From Chloroflexota bacterium (lineage in GTDB: Bacteria; Chloroflexota; Chloroflexia; QHBQ01; JADMIH01), in the NCBI GenBank assembly GCA_027317125.1, contig DAHVFG010000001.1, positions 2,816 through 66,815 on the forward strand: a stretch of 64,000 bases of DNA, given 5' to 3'. Under the pieces are notes generated by a model. The model had not been told where the DNA came from and did no database searches. It saw nothing but the letters and a program-made list of their open reading frames with translations. Of the stretch, positions 10,740-19,479 are shown one piece after another. Both the position numbers and the translations under genes were made by a program. Position 1 is the stretch's first letter, and every line of letters starts with the position of its first letter.

Positions 10740-11320
10740 ATAAGGGCGACAAGCCGGAGGGTGAGAAAGCGGGCTGGCATTTGCTCGAGACGACTTACCC
10801 CTTTGCCACAAAATGGCTCAAGCTGAGGCAAGATCGCGTGCAGCTAAAGGGCAAAGGCGAAATCACCTTCACCTATGTAGATAATCCGGGCGCGGTCGTG
10901 ATAGTGCCTGTCACCGGAGACGGCAATCTGGCGCTCATACGCCAGTATCGCTACACAGTAGACGAGTGGTGCCTTGAAGTGCCCGCGGGCGGCATCCACG
11001 ATGCTGAGGGCGCTAGCCTGGCGCAAGTCGCACGCAAAGAACTGCTCGAAGAGATAGGTGGGACTTGCTCTGATCTGAGCTATGTTACCCACTTCTACGC
11101 ATCCAATGGCAATAGCGCTCAGCCTTTCCACGTTTTTCTGGCCCTGGGCGTGGAACTACAAAGCAGGCAAACCCTCGAAGAAACGGAGTTGATAGAAATC
11201 TACCCTGTGCCAATCGCTGAGGCGCTTGGGTTTGCTCGTTCGGGCCGGATTCGCGACGGGGCGAGCGCACTCGCAATCTTGCTCTGTGAGAACCGTCTCG
11301 CAGAGCAAGGGTACCTTTAG
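10736..11320 (+). CDS. NUDIX hydrolase (ADP-ribose pyrophosphatase-like)
   Basis: Nudix box GGIHDAEGASLAQVARKELLEEIGG. Confidence 0.8.
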   Translation: MNKGDKPEGEKAGWHLLETTYPFATKWLKLRQDRVQLKGKGEITFTYVDNPGAVVIVPVTGDGNLALIRQYRYTVDEWCLEVPAGGIHDAEGASLAQVARKELLEEIGGTCSDLSYVTHFYASNGNSAQPFHVFLALGVELQSRQTLEETELIEIYPVPIAEALGFARSGRIRDGASALAILLCENRLAEQGYL

Positions 11321-11328
11321 CCACATCT

Positions 11329-12108
11329 ATGTCTGACGAACCCACTAACGACCTTACCCCTCTTGTTGAGGGCGCGGCACGCCTCGGCTTCACGCTATCC
11401 GAGCGCCAGCAGAGCCGGTTTCAACTCTACTATGAAACTCTTCTCGATTGGAATAGCCGCATCAACCTGACCTCCATCACAGACTACGAGGCGGTGCAGA
11501 TACGCCACTTCGTTGATAGCCTCACAGTAGGAGCCACCTTGCTCGATGAGCTAACCCCAGTGGGGCAACCGCGCCCACAGCAGCCGCCCGCGGGCTTCAG
11601 CCTTCTCGATGTAGGCGCCGGCGCGGGCTTCCCAGGCGCACCTCTGAAAATAATCTGGCCTGATATTCATCTGGTGCTAAACGACTCGATAGGCAAGAAA
11701 GCCACCTTCTTGAAGGCCCTCGCGGAGGCGCTAAATCTCAAAGATGTAGAGGTCGTAACAGCACGCGCTGAGGAGCTAGGCTTGAACAAAGCGCATAGGG
11801 CGCGATACAACGCCGTCACCGCCCGCGCAGTCGCCTCTTTACCTGTGCTTTGCGAATATTGTTTGCCGCTGGTGAAAGCGGGAGGCTGGATGCTGGCCCC
11901 TAAGAAAGGCGATATAAGCACAGAGCTTCGTGAAGCCGTGAAAGCGAGCAAAATCCTCGGCGGCGGAGAGCCAAAACTCCACCAGTTTCGCCTACAAGGA
12001 GAGGAAGAGGAACGCTACGTAATAGCCATCAGCAAGGTCAGACCAACCCCACCGGGCTACCCAAGAAGGATAGGGCTAGCGAAGGCGCGACCTTTGGGAG
12101 GGGGATGA
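11329..12108 (+). CDS. rsmG: 16S rRNA (guanine527-N7)-methyltransferase
   Basis: FQLYYETLLDWNSRINLTSITDYEAVQIRHFVDSL, LLDVGAGAGFPGAPLKI, VVTARAEELG. Characteristic RsmG/GidB layout. Confidence 0.85.
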   Translation: MSDEPTNDLTPLVEGAARLGFTLSERQQSRFQLYYETLLDWNSRINLTSITDYEAVQIRHFVDSLTVGATLLDELTPVGQPRPQQPPAGFSLLDVGAGAGFPGAPLKIIWPDIHLVLNDSIGKKATFLKALAEALNLKDVEVVTARAEELGLNKAHRARYNAVTARAVASLPVLCEYCLPLVKAGGWMLAPKKGDISTELREAVKASKILGGGEPKLHQFRLQGEEEERYVIAISKVRPTPPGYPRRIGLAKARPLGGG

Positions 12109-12117
12109 GTCGCTCAT

Positions 12118-12400
12118 ATGAAGTCGAATCCTGACGCAGGCAAAAATCCCGGGATTGAATTCGTGGGAAGGGCACTAGAGCATCTAGCGATGGGGAATGA
12201 AGATGGCGCGCGGCGTAGTTTGTCGAATGTTATCCAGCCTTCAGTGCTTCCACAGTCAAAACATAGAATTCCTCTGCGGCTACAGGCACAGGTATTTGCT
12301 CGCGACAACTATACCTGTGGATACTGTGGCTGTCTGACCGTTTGCCTGCCTTACTTTCTGAGGCTACTCATTTGCGGCGCATTGCAGCAGCCGAGCGTCA
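12118..12400 (+). pseudogene. HNH endonuclease remnant (N-terminal HNH motif, catalytic His region lost or frameshifted)
   Basis: RIPLRLQAQVFARDNYTCGYCG matches the HNH N-terminal R..VF.RD.Y.C.YCG pattern, but the downstream DH/HxxP signature is absent in all frames. The 3' end runs antisense into the ogg C-terminus. Confidence 0.3.
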
Positions 12401-12402
12401 TC

Positions 12403-13353
12403 TTACTCCTCACCCCTCATTCCCTTCAGCAGCGGGCTTACACCGCCCCAGTGCTTGGAGAAGTGATCATAGAATAGGAAGTTCTGGGCGTAGCCCGCAA
12501 GCTCGCCAAAGCGGTCGATAAAAGCCTGGCGGACCATGTTGTACGTCGCGCTCGTGATACTCTTGCGCTCTGTCCAGTCGGGGAAGTAGAGCGCCCTGGC
12601 TAACTGCCAGACGTGGGTATCCACAGGCACAGCTTCCGTTTTATCAAGCGAGAAGAGGCAGACGCAATCCGCGATCTTTGCTCCAATACCGTGTATACCC
12701 ACAAGCTCCTTGTGCGCCTGATCGTATGGCATCTCGCGCAAAGAGTCGGCCCACCCCGGCCCGCGCTCTTCGATTTGCTGCGCCACACGCACCAGGTTTC
12801 GCCCCCTGAAGCCAAGAGATGAAAGCTTTGTCAGGTGAGCAGGGTCGGCTTTCGCCAAAGCCTGCGCTGTGGGGAACGAATAGTAGGTCTCGCCATCCAC
12901 TTCGCCAAGCGGCTCGCCGTATTCCTTGCTGAACCTGCTGATTGAGTACGCGATGCGCGGCACGCTGTTGGCTGTGGAGCAAACAAACGAGAGTATGCAC
13001 TCCTCCGGGTCCTGCCTCACCAATCGCAGCCCCGACCAGCGTGCAGCCGCCTCCCCTGCCGAAGGGCAAGCATCTGTAATCCGGCGCACGATCTCCGCGA
13101 GGTCTACGTCCAGTTGAAAGTAGTCGCTAATCAGCGTCGCGTTACCAGGCTCAGGAAAGGTCCACCACGTGAATAGCTCTCCTTCCTGCTTTATAGCGAC
13201 TATAGAGCGCCCCACAACGCCGTGCCACCAGCCGTCGCGCTGCCGCTTCCACCGGAAGCACTGCCCTGAGGCCAGCGTGTCATCCAGTGAGAAGGTTGCA
13301 GAATTATATCTAAGATGATTCGCCTGAACTTCAGGCTTGATTATTGTTTCCAT
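12403..13353 (-). CDS. ogg: 8-oxoguanine DNA glycosylase / DNA lyase, OGG1 type (HhH-GPD)
   Basis: OGG N-domain (LASGQCFRW) then HhH-GPD motif GIHGIGAKIADCVCLFSLDKTEAVPVDTHV (catalytic Lys/Asp). Confidence 0.8.
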   Translation of the reverse strand: METIIKPEVQANHLRYNSATFSLDDTLASGQCFRWKRQRDGWWHGVVGRSIVAIKQEGELFTWWTFPEPGNATLISDYFQLDVDLAEIVRRITDACPSAGEAAARWSGLRLVRQDPEECILSFVCSTANSVPRIAYSISRFSKEYGEPLGEVDGETYYSFPTAQALAKADPAHLTKLSSLGFRGRNLVRVAQQIEERGPGWADSLREMPYDQAHKELVGIHGIGAKIADCVCLFSLDKTEAVPVDTHVWQLARALYFPDWTERKSITSATYNMVRQAFIDRFGELAGYAQNFLFYDHFSKHWGGVSPLLKGMRGEE

Positions 13354-13418
13354 GTAAAGAATTATAGCAAATGGCGCATGGCAGTCCCTTGACGGCTATC
13401 GTCGCCTGAATGACATGG

Positions 13419-14183
13419 CTATAGACGCGCCAGCTTTGGCTCTATCCTGTCGTTAGGAATAACACGCAGAGGGGGTTGGCCGTCACCACCTGCTTTCTTT
13501 CCAGGGTGTGCTGGCGTATCATCATCTGATACACTCTTCGGGGAGATACTATTCGGCTTGCCAGGCACGTCATGGCAGTGTCGGCAGCGTGCTTCGTAAT
13601 TCTCTTGCGCACCAACCATGATTATAGGGTCATTATAAGCTGCGGGTTGGCCGTCAATAAGGCGCTGGGTGCGGCTGGCGGGCGCTCCGCATACCACGCA
13701 GATCGCCTGTAGCTTATCTACCATTTCGGCTTCGGACATGAGTCGGGGCACAGGGCCAAATGGCTCCCCACGGAAATCGAGGTCAAGCCCGGCAACAATC
13801 ACTCGAACGCCGCTATGCGCCAGCCTCCGGCACAGGTCAACTACCCCCTCATCGAAGAACTGCGCCTCATCAATAGCCACCACGGTCGTATCCGGCTCGA
13901 TGAGAGGCTCTATATCTGAAGAGTGCGCTACGGGGGTAGCCGAGTAGAGTGCGCCGCTATGCGAAGCTACCTGCCCAGTCGAGTATCGGGTATCTATGCG
14001 TGGCTTGAAGACCTGTACCTTCTGGTGCGCGATCTGTGCCCGCTTCACACGCCTGATCACTTCTTCGGTCTTACCTGAAAACATGCTGCCGCAGATAAGC
14101 TCTACCCAACCGCCTGTATAATGCTTGGGGTGCGGGCCGAGGGGCCCCTGGTTTTCCATAAAGCGCTGTATGTAATCTCCCAA
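13419..14183 (-). CDS. tdk: thymidine kinase with ~60-aa low-complexity C-terminal extension
   Basis: P-loop [21 protein letters not shown], zinc ribbon [14 protein letters not shown]...CRHCH. Confidence 0.85.
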   Translation of the reverse strand: MGDYIQRFMENQGPLGPHPKHYTGGWVELICGSMFSGKTEEVIRRVKRAQIAHQKVQVFKPRIDTRYSTGQVASHSGALYSATPVAHSSDIEPLIEPDTTVVAIDEAQFFDEGVVDLCRRLAHSGVRVIVAGLDLDFRGEPFGPVPRLMSEAEMVDKLQAICVVCGAPASRTQRLIDGQPAAYNDPIIMVGAQENYEARCRHCHDVPGKPNSISPKSVSDDDTPAHPGKKAGGDGQPPLRVIPNDRIEPKLARL

Positions 14184-14378
14184 AGGACGGTACCTCTCTA
14201 AATTAAGTATGCACTTCTTATTATATAGTGGAAAAGCCTACCCCGAACACTTTTACCCACCGTAACCCAGCGTTGTGCTAAGGCAAGGCCCAGGCCCCAC
14301 CCCTTGTGGGCTGACTGAGGCCTTGGCTCCCCCTTCGACGCCCTTGTGCTGGCGCTACTGAGCTGAACACCCAGGATA

Positions 14379-15323
14379 TCAGCGCTTGTTGACTATATAG
14401 ACACCGAGAAGAACCAGAACCCCGCCGCCGATCTGGTAGAAGCTAAGATTTTCGCTGAGGAGAGGCACCGCTACAAGGGCGGTTATCACCGGCTGCAACA
14501 GCAAGGTCACAGCTGTGATGGAGGCGGGTAGATGGCCCAACGCATAGTTGATGGATAGCCAGCCAAGCACGTGAGAGACGAGGCCCAGGCTCAGCAACGC
14601 CAGGTAAGTTTGCGCCGAAAAGCCGGAGAGTGGATCGCCCACCACAAGCAGATACGCAAGCAAGAACAGAGTGGCGACCGCCGATGACACCCACATGAAT
14701 GGCAGCGTGCTCACATAGCGACGGGCACGTTGAGTGCAGAGCATATAGGATGCGTAGAAGAGACTGCTCCCCACCGCAAGCAAGTCGCCCAACCCCAGGG
14801 TTGCTCCTTCAAAAGCATCGCGCCCAACCACCACAGCAGCACCCACAAGGGCCAGCAGCATCCCGCTCCAGAAGCGCCGCTTTAGCTGTTCATGGAACAA
14901 AAGGAGAGCGCCTAACGCCACCCACAAAGTAGAGATATTGCCGAGCAACGTCGAGTCGGCAGCCGAGGTATAGGCGAGCGAGGTATTCCAGAAGCCGAGG
15001 TCGAGGGCAAAAAAGAGGCCCGCCAGCGCGGTTAGAGCCAGTCCTACAGACGACATCTTCCTTTTGGCATCTCCAGGCAAGAGCGCAGGGCCTTTGGCCT
15101 GCTGACGAGCCACATGCAAAGCCAGAGGCAGCGCAAGAGCAACAGAAGCAATCGCCACCCTATAAAAGGCGGAGACAGGCCCAGGCACAATTGCCCACTT
15201 GGTGAAGATAGCCGAAAAGCCGATGCAGACAGCCCCCAGCCCAAGCGCGGCATAGGCCCGCAATCTGGCGCTATGGGAGCGAGAAGTAGCGGCTGATAGC
15301 CATGTAGTCGCGGTGGCTCTCAT
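14379..15323 (-). CDS. EamA/DMT-family transporter (10 TM)
   Basis: Two EamA-like halves of hydrophobic helices (..SAIFTKWAI.., ..LGWLSINYALGHLPASITAV..). Start taken at the internal MRATATT. Confidence 0.65.
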   Translation of the reverse strand: MRATATTWLSAATSRSHSARLRAYAALGLGAVCIGFSAIFTKWAIVPGPVSAFYRVAIASVALALPLALHVARQQAKGPALLPGDAKRKMSSVGLALTALAGLFFALDLGFWNTSLAYTSAADSTLLGNISTLWVALGALLLFHEQLKRRFWSGMLLALVGAAVVVGRDAFEGATLGLGDLLAVGSSLFYASYMLCTQRARRYVSTLPFMWVSSAVATLFLLAYLLVVGDPLSGFSAQTYLALLSLGLVSHVLGWLSINYALGHLPASITAVTLLLQPVITALVAVPLLSENLSFYQIGGGVLVLLGVYIVNKR

Positions 15324-15617
15324 AGTTGTTGCGCCTTTATATGATCTTGATGTATATCCATTATATCTCTTACGTCCAGAAAGGAATGAGCACAACAGTC
15401 ACAGAAATCAGGCTATTCCTCACCAATTTGCAGGGCCTATGCGTCAGACGAATTGAGCGGTTCTGTGTGCATGAGGACCCAGCAAGAGAACTCCCAATTG
15501 GGGGCAGTGCTTACGGCCCAGGGCTTCTCAGGCCCAAAACCAATCAGCGGCAAAACGTTTTCCTCTGCTTGATTTAGCACGCATAAGCCCTAAGCTAGAC
15601 ATAAGGGCCTATTGACG

Positions 15618-15650
15618 TGTGACATCCTGGGTGCTATTATGAGCATGTAT
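15618..15650 (+). promoter_or_regulatory. sigma-70-like promoter for the LysM/L,D-transpeptidase gene
   Basis: TTGACG-17 bp-TATTAT (ttgacgtgtgacatcctgggtgctattat). Confidence 0.4.
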
Positions 15651-15706
15651 ACATAAGAATGCTAAAGGATGTGGATAACCACGCTCTTGTTTATTGGAGG
15701 GAACAT

Positions 15707-17065
15707 TTGAAATATAAACCTGCCAAGCTCCGACGCACCTGGGGCAGGTGGGCGTTGGCTGGCCTCTTCTTGCTGTTGATGATCCTGGGCCAGGTAGCGG
15801 GCGTATATGCCGCCGGCAGCTATACTGTGCAGCCGGGCGATACCCTTAGCGGCATCGCTGCACGCTTCGGGGTCACGGTAGACGCCATCATCGCCGCTAA
15901 CTCGCTGCCTTCGCGCTCTACCATATATGTGAACCAGGTGCTCACTATCCCGTCGCCCGGCTCCAACCCGCCCCAGAGCATACCGCCATCGGGCCAAACG
16001 ACATACACCGTACAACCGGGCGATGCATTGAGCACCATCGCAGTGCGCTACGGCACCACAACCGACGCCTTGATGCGCGCCAACGGCCTTACTTCTACCA
16101 ACATTTACGCCGGGCAGGTGCTCCTGATAGTACCCGCCGCCAGCCCCGCCCTCCCCGCGCCGACCACACCCCCAGCCACCAACCAACCGCCCCAGGCTAA
16201 TCCTGCCACCTATACAGTACAGCCAGGCGACAATTTGATAACCCTTGCGCAGCGGTTTGGGGTCAGCCGCGAGTCGCTGGCAGCCGCCAACGGCATAACA
16301 CCGTCGAGCTTTCTGTATGTAGGGCAGGTGTTGGCTATACCGGGAGCATCTGCGGCAACTGTTACACCACCTCCACCACCTCTGCCACCTCCACCGCCCA
16401 CTCCAACCGGCACGCCTCTTGCGGTCCAGGCTACCACTACACCTGAGCCTGCCTCAGTGCCCGCAGCGGCGGAGCCAGGCAAGCCGGTACAATACACTGT
16501 GCAGCCAGGAGACAATCTCTCTTCGATTGCCGCCAACTTCAACACCACCATTGACGCCCTTATCAGCTTGAATAAGCTGAATGATGGGAACTTCCTGCGT
16601 GTGGGCCAGGTGTTGACTATCGTGAAGGGCAACGATCAGGGCAACAGCCCCGCCAATAGCGCCCCGCCTACCGAGCCTGCGCCCCCTATGGGGCAGTTCG
16701 GCCCCAAGTGGGTAGATGTCAACCTCACCACGGAGATGATGTACGCCTATGAAGGCCAGACGCCCGTCTTCTCCTCCAAGATGAGTTCAGGAGTAGCTGA
16801 CCACCCGACAGTAGAAGGCACCTACCGTATTTACGCCAAGTACAAGTCCACCCCAATGCAGGGTGGTGCTGGGGCCGATTATTACTACATACCGGATGTG
16901 CCCTATACCATGTACTTCTACTCAGGCTATGCTTTACATGGAGCTTACTGGCACAACAACTTCGGCCAGCCGATGAGCCACGGCTGCGTCAACCTGCCCG
17001 TAGACGCCTCCAAATGGATGTTCGACTGGGCACCTATAGGCACGACGGTGGTAACGCACAAGTAG
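15707..17065 (+). CDS. secreted L,D-transpeptidase with four LysM domains
   Basis: Four LysM repeats (YTVQPGD.LS.IA.RFG...) separated by Pro-rich linkers. C-terminal YkuD domain with catalytic HGAYWHNNFGQPMSHGCVNL. Probable TTG start at 15707 after a GGAGGG RBS gives the signal peptide MKYKPAKLRRTWGRWALAGLFLLL. Confidence 0.85.
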   Translation: MKYKPAKLRRTWGRWALAGLFLLLMILGQVAGVYAAGSYTVQPGDTLSGIAARFGVTVDAIIAANSLPSRSTIYVNQVLTIPSPGSNPPQSIPPSGQTTYTVQPGDALSTIAVRYGTTTDALMRANGLTSTNIYAGQVLLIVPAASPALPAPTTPPATNQPPQANPATYTVQPGDNLITLAQRFGVSRESLAAANGITPSSFLYVGQVLAIPGASAATVTPPPPPLPPPPPTPTGTPLAVQATTTPEPASVPAAAEPGKPVQYTVQPGDNLSSIAANFNTTIDALISLNKLNDGNFLRVGQVLTIVKGNDQGNSPANSAPPTEPAPPMGQFGPKWVDVNLTTEMMYAYEGQTPVFSSKMSSGVADHPTVEGTYRIYAKYKSTPMQGGAGADYYYIPDVPYTMYFYSGYALHGAYWHNNFGQPMSHGCVNLPVDASKWMFDWAPIGTTVVTHK

Positions 17066-17176
17066 ATAGTAAGTGTTCAGACTTGGAGTAGATAATCCTC
17101 AAGGCGTCTCTGTGCAGGCGCACCATAATCTGAGCCGTTTGCGTAAGGTAGATACCCGGCTTGCTAAATGGCCGGA

Positions 17177-17230
17177 AGAGTAAGAGAGGCGACCCTGCTA
17201 AGGGTCGCCTCTCTTACTCTTTCTTGTTTG
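17177..17230. terminator. bidirectional intrinsic terminator
   Basis: Perfect hairpin AGAGTAAGAGAGGCGACCCT/AGGGTCGCCTCTCTTACTCT followed by TTCTTGTTTG, between convergent genes. Confidence 0.6.
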
Positions 17231-17277
17231 TGTCACTCCGATAGTGGAGCTATCACCGAACTATATCGCCGCTGCTG

Positions 17278-19293
17278 CTACTTCGGCATGTCCTTCAGCG
17301 CAGTATAAGCGGGACGTGGGCTGAAATCAGGGTTCAGCACTGACCAGGGTACTTTTTCATCCTGAAGTGAAATACCCTGTAGTGTGCTGAAATTGAGATT
17401 CCAGACGGCCATCACGCCCATCCACGGGTAGTCGGTCTTGCTCTTCTGGAAGGCGCGGACGAGATATTGAGCCTGTAGCTCAGGGCTGATAAGCTGCCCG
17501 TACTCGTAGCCGTCGGCGGTGTTATAGGTGCTCCAACCGAACTCGGTTAGCCACATTTGCTTGTTGCCGTCACCGCTGGCGTTCATCACGGCGTATTGCT
17601 GCTCAATACGTCTGAAGTAGAAGGATGGCTGGTTGCGCCAGCAGGTGCCTTCCTGAGAGGCGTACTTGGGCGGGCAGTGGCCGTCGCCTGGGTTATCAGG
17701 ATACATCTGATCCGGTGAGTTGTTATTGGAACCGGGGTGCGCAGCCAGTACATCGAAGTAATCTTTGGCAATGCCGCCCTGGTAAGCGTACATCTGCTGC
17801 AAATACTTCACATCGTCAACGGCACGGTTAGGGTCGTTCACACCCGTTGGGGTGAGCGCGCCAAAGAGCACTATAGCCTTCGGATCGGCCCACTTGACGC
17901 CGCTGTAGCCATACTTGAGCATATCTACATACTGGGCTACGTTGACAGGCCCGCCCGTCTCACCTTGCAAGTTCTCCTCGTTCCACAGCTCGTATGCGTA
18001 CACCTTGCCCTGGTAATGCCGGGCCATCATGTACATCAGGTTGCCGAAGTCGAGCGGGTTCTCAGGCATCCCCCCATTCGTCTTGGGCGAGGCCCACTTC
18101 GGCGACTTGGCGATAGAGAGGATCAGTTTTTCCTTATTGCGAGCGGCTGCTTCTACAACGCTGTCAAGCTCGCCCCAGGCGAAGAGCCGGTTGGGGCCTT
18201 GCAGGTCTTGCCACGCCACTTGCTGGCGCACCCAGTTGAAGCCTGCGTTGCGGGCAATCTGGAGCACTTTGTCCTTGTCTGTGTAGTAAAGCTGCACGTT
18301 GAAGCCGTAGCCGATGTGCGGACTTTTCAGAGGAAACTCGGGGTTCATCTTACCTGGACCCATGTAACGCCAGTCACGGTAATGCGCGCCGATATTGCCA
18401 TTCTCTACCTGGAAGCCGTCCGGGTTTGAGGGGGTGTAGGTAACTACGCGCCTCTCGAAGGCCTGGATCAGGGTGGCGGTGGGGCGGCCCTTTATCTTGA
18501 CTACTGCCCAGTATGCGTCCGATATAGGACGACCTGTGGCATAGAACCAGGGGTTTGCCAGCGGCTCTGTAACCACCTTGTCGCCATTTTGCACCTGGCC
18601 CTGGGAATTAAGGAAGTCCCATATGGCTTTAGGCACATTGTGGCGGGTTACATCATCATAGTAAGCCACCTCGATGCCGGGCACGCTACTCTTACCTGGG
18701 TCGTTGCCGATAGTGCCATCGCGATTGATGGTGGTAATCACCTTCTCGCCCATCTTGTTAGGGTCAGGATGGTCACCACCGGCGTTAGCGCGCCCAACGA
18801 ACGATGCATAAGTAGGAGCGTTAGGATCATCAAAGTCGCCCGCTATGTTAATGTTGGCGGGCTTGCGGGTCTCAAATGTGCTATTGCCCACCTGCATCTG
18901 GCCGCTGATAAGCTCAACGGTGAGGAGGCCGTTGGTAACATAGAAGGGATCGCTCTTGTTACCGTTAGGGTCATTGATCTCCATGCGGCTCTTGTCCCAA
19001 TATTGGACGAGGCGAGAGCCTGTGCCGGTGGGATCATCTACATAGACCTCGCGGGTGGTCCAGAAGGGCTGCGGACCCCAGAACCATGTGCGGCTAACAC
19101 GCCCCGAAGCGACGAGCGAGTCGGTGCGGTTCCATACACTCTGGAAGGCGCTGGTATCGGGCGGCTGGTCCTGCTGGGCGGGAAGAGCTTGCGTAGGCGC
19201 GGCTTCTGCGGCGCTATCTGGCAAAGCCGATGGCAGCAGAGTAACCAGAAGCACCGCGACCCCTCCGAGCGAAACGATCTTCTCCTTTTTCAA
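17278..19293 (-). CDS. secreted glycoside hydrolase, clan GH-A TIM-barrel (GH5-like) with N-terminal accessory domain
   Basis: Signal peptide MKKEKIVSLGGVAVLLVTLL. The C-terminal half has acid/base YELWNEEN and nucleophile WLTEFGW on the strand-4/strand-7 pattern of GH-A enzymes. Confidence 0.65.
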   Translation of the reverse strand: MKKEKIVSLGGVAVLLVTLLPSALPDSAAEAAPTQALPAQQDQPPDTSAFQSVWNRTDSLVASGRVSRTWFWGPQPFWTTREVYVDDPTGTGSRLVQYWDKSRMEINDPNGNKSDPFYVTNGLLTVELISGQMQVGNSTFETRKPANINIAGDFDDPNAPTYASFVGRANAGGDHPDPNKMGEKVITTINRDGTIGNDPGKSSVPGIEVAYYDDVTRHNVPKAIWDFLNSQGQVQNGDKVVTEPLANPWFYATGRPISDAYWAVVKIKGRPTATLIQAFERRVVTYTPSNPDGFQVENGNIGAHYRDWRYMGPGKMNPEFPLKSPHIGYGFNVQLYYTDKDKVLQIARNAGFNWVRQQVAWQDLQGPNRLFAWGELDSVVEAAARNKEKLILSIAKSPKWASPKTNGGMPENPLDFGNLMYMMARHYQGKVYAYELWNEENLQGETGGPVNVAQYVDMLKYGYSGVKWADPKAIVLFGALTPTGVNDPNRAVDDVKYLQQMYAYQGGIAKDYFDVLAAHPGSNNNSPDQMYPDNPGDGHCPPKYASQEGTCWRNQPSFYFRRIEQQYAVMNASGDGNKQMWLTEFGWSTYNTADGYEYGQLISPELQAQYLVRAFQKSKTDYPWMGVMAVWNLNFSTLQGISLQDEKVPWSVLNPDFSPRPAYTALKDMPK

Positions 19294-19479
19294 ATTTTTC
19301 CTCCTAGGGCTGGTAACATTGAGCGGAACATCGACGTTGAGGGCGATAGTTGTTCGTCTTCGTATATAATATAACGTCCTAATCCCCTCGCGGTTCTAGC
19401 AGGACCTACGCTAAAATCAGTATCTTTCCTTAACTCCTTATCCGCGCTCTCCAATTATTGACCCCTTGGCCCCTGGGCA

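Noticed and set aside
12118-12477. Intact 119-aa protein-coding gene downstream of rsmG
   Set aside because: Only the first ~70 residues look like a real HNH motif. The rest is antisense to ogg and lacks the catalytic residues. It is called a remnant rather than a functional CDS.
15662-16632. Minus-strand ORFs (15662..16186, 16210..16632) with repeated LSPGCTV peptides
   Set aside because: They are the reverse-complement shadow of the four LysM repeats (YTVQPGD) of the plus-strand L,D-transpeptidase gene.
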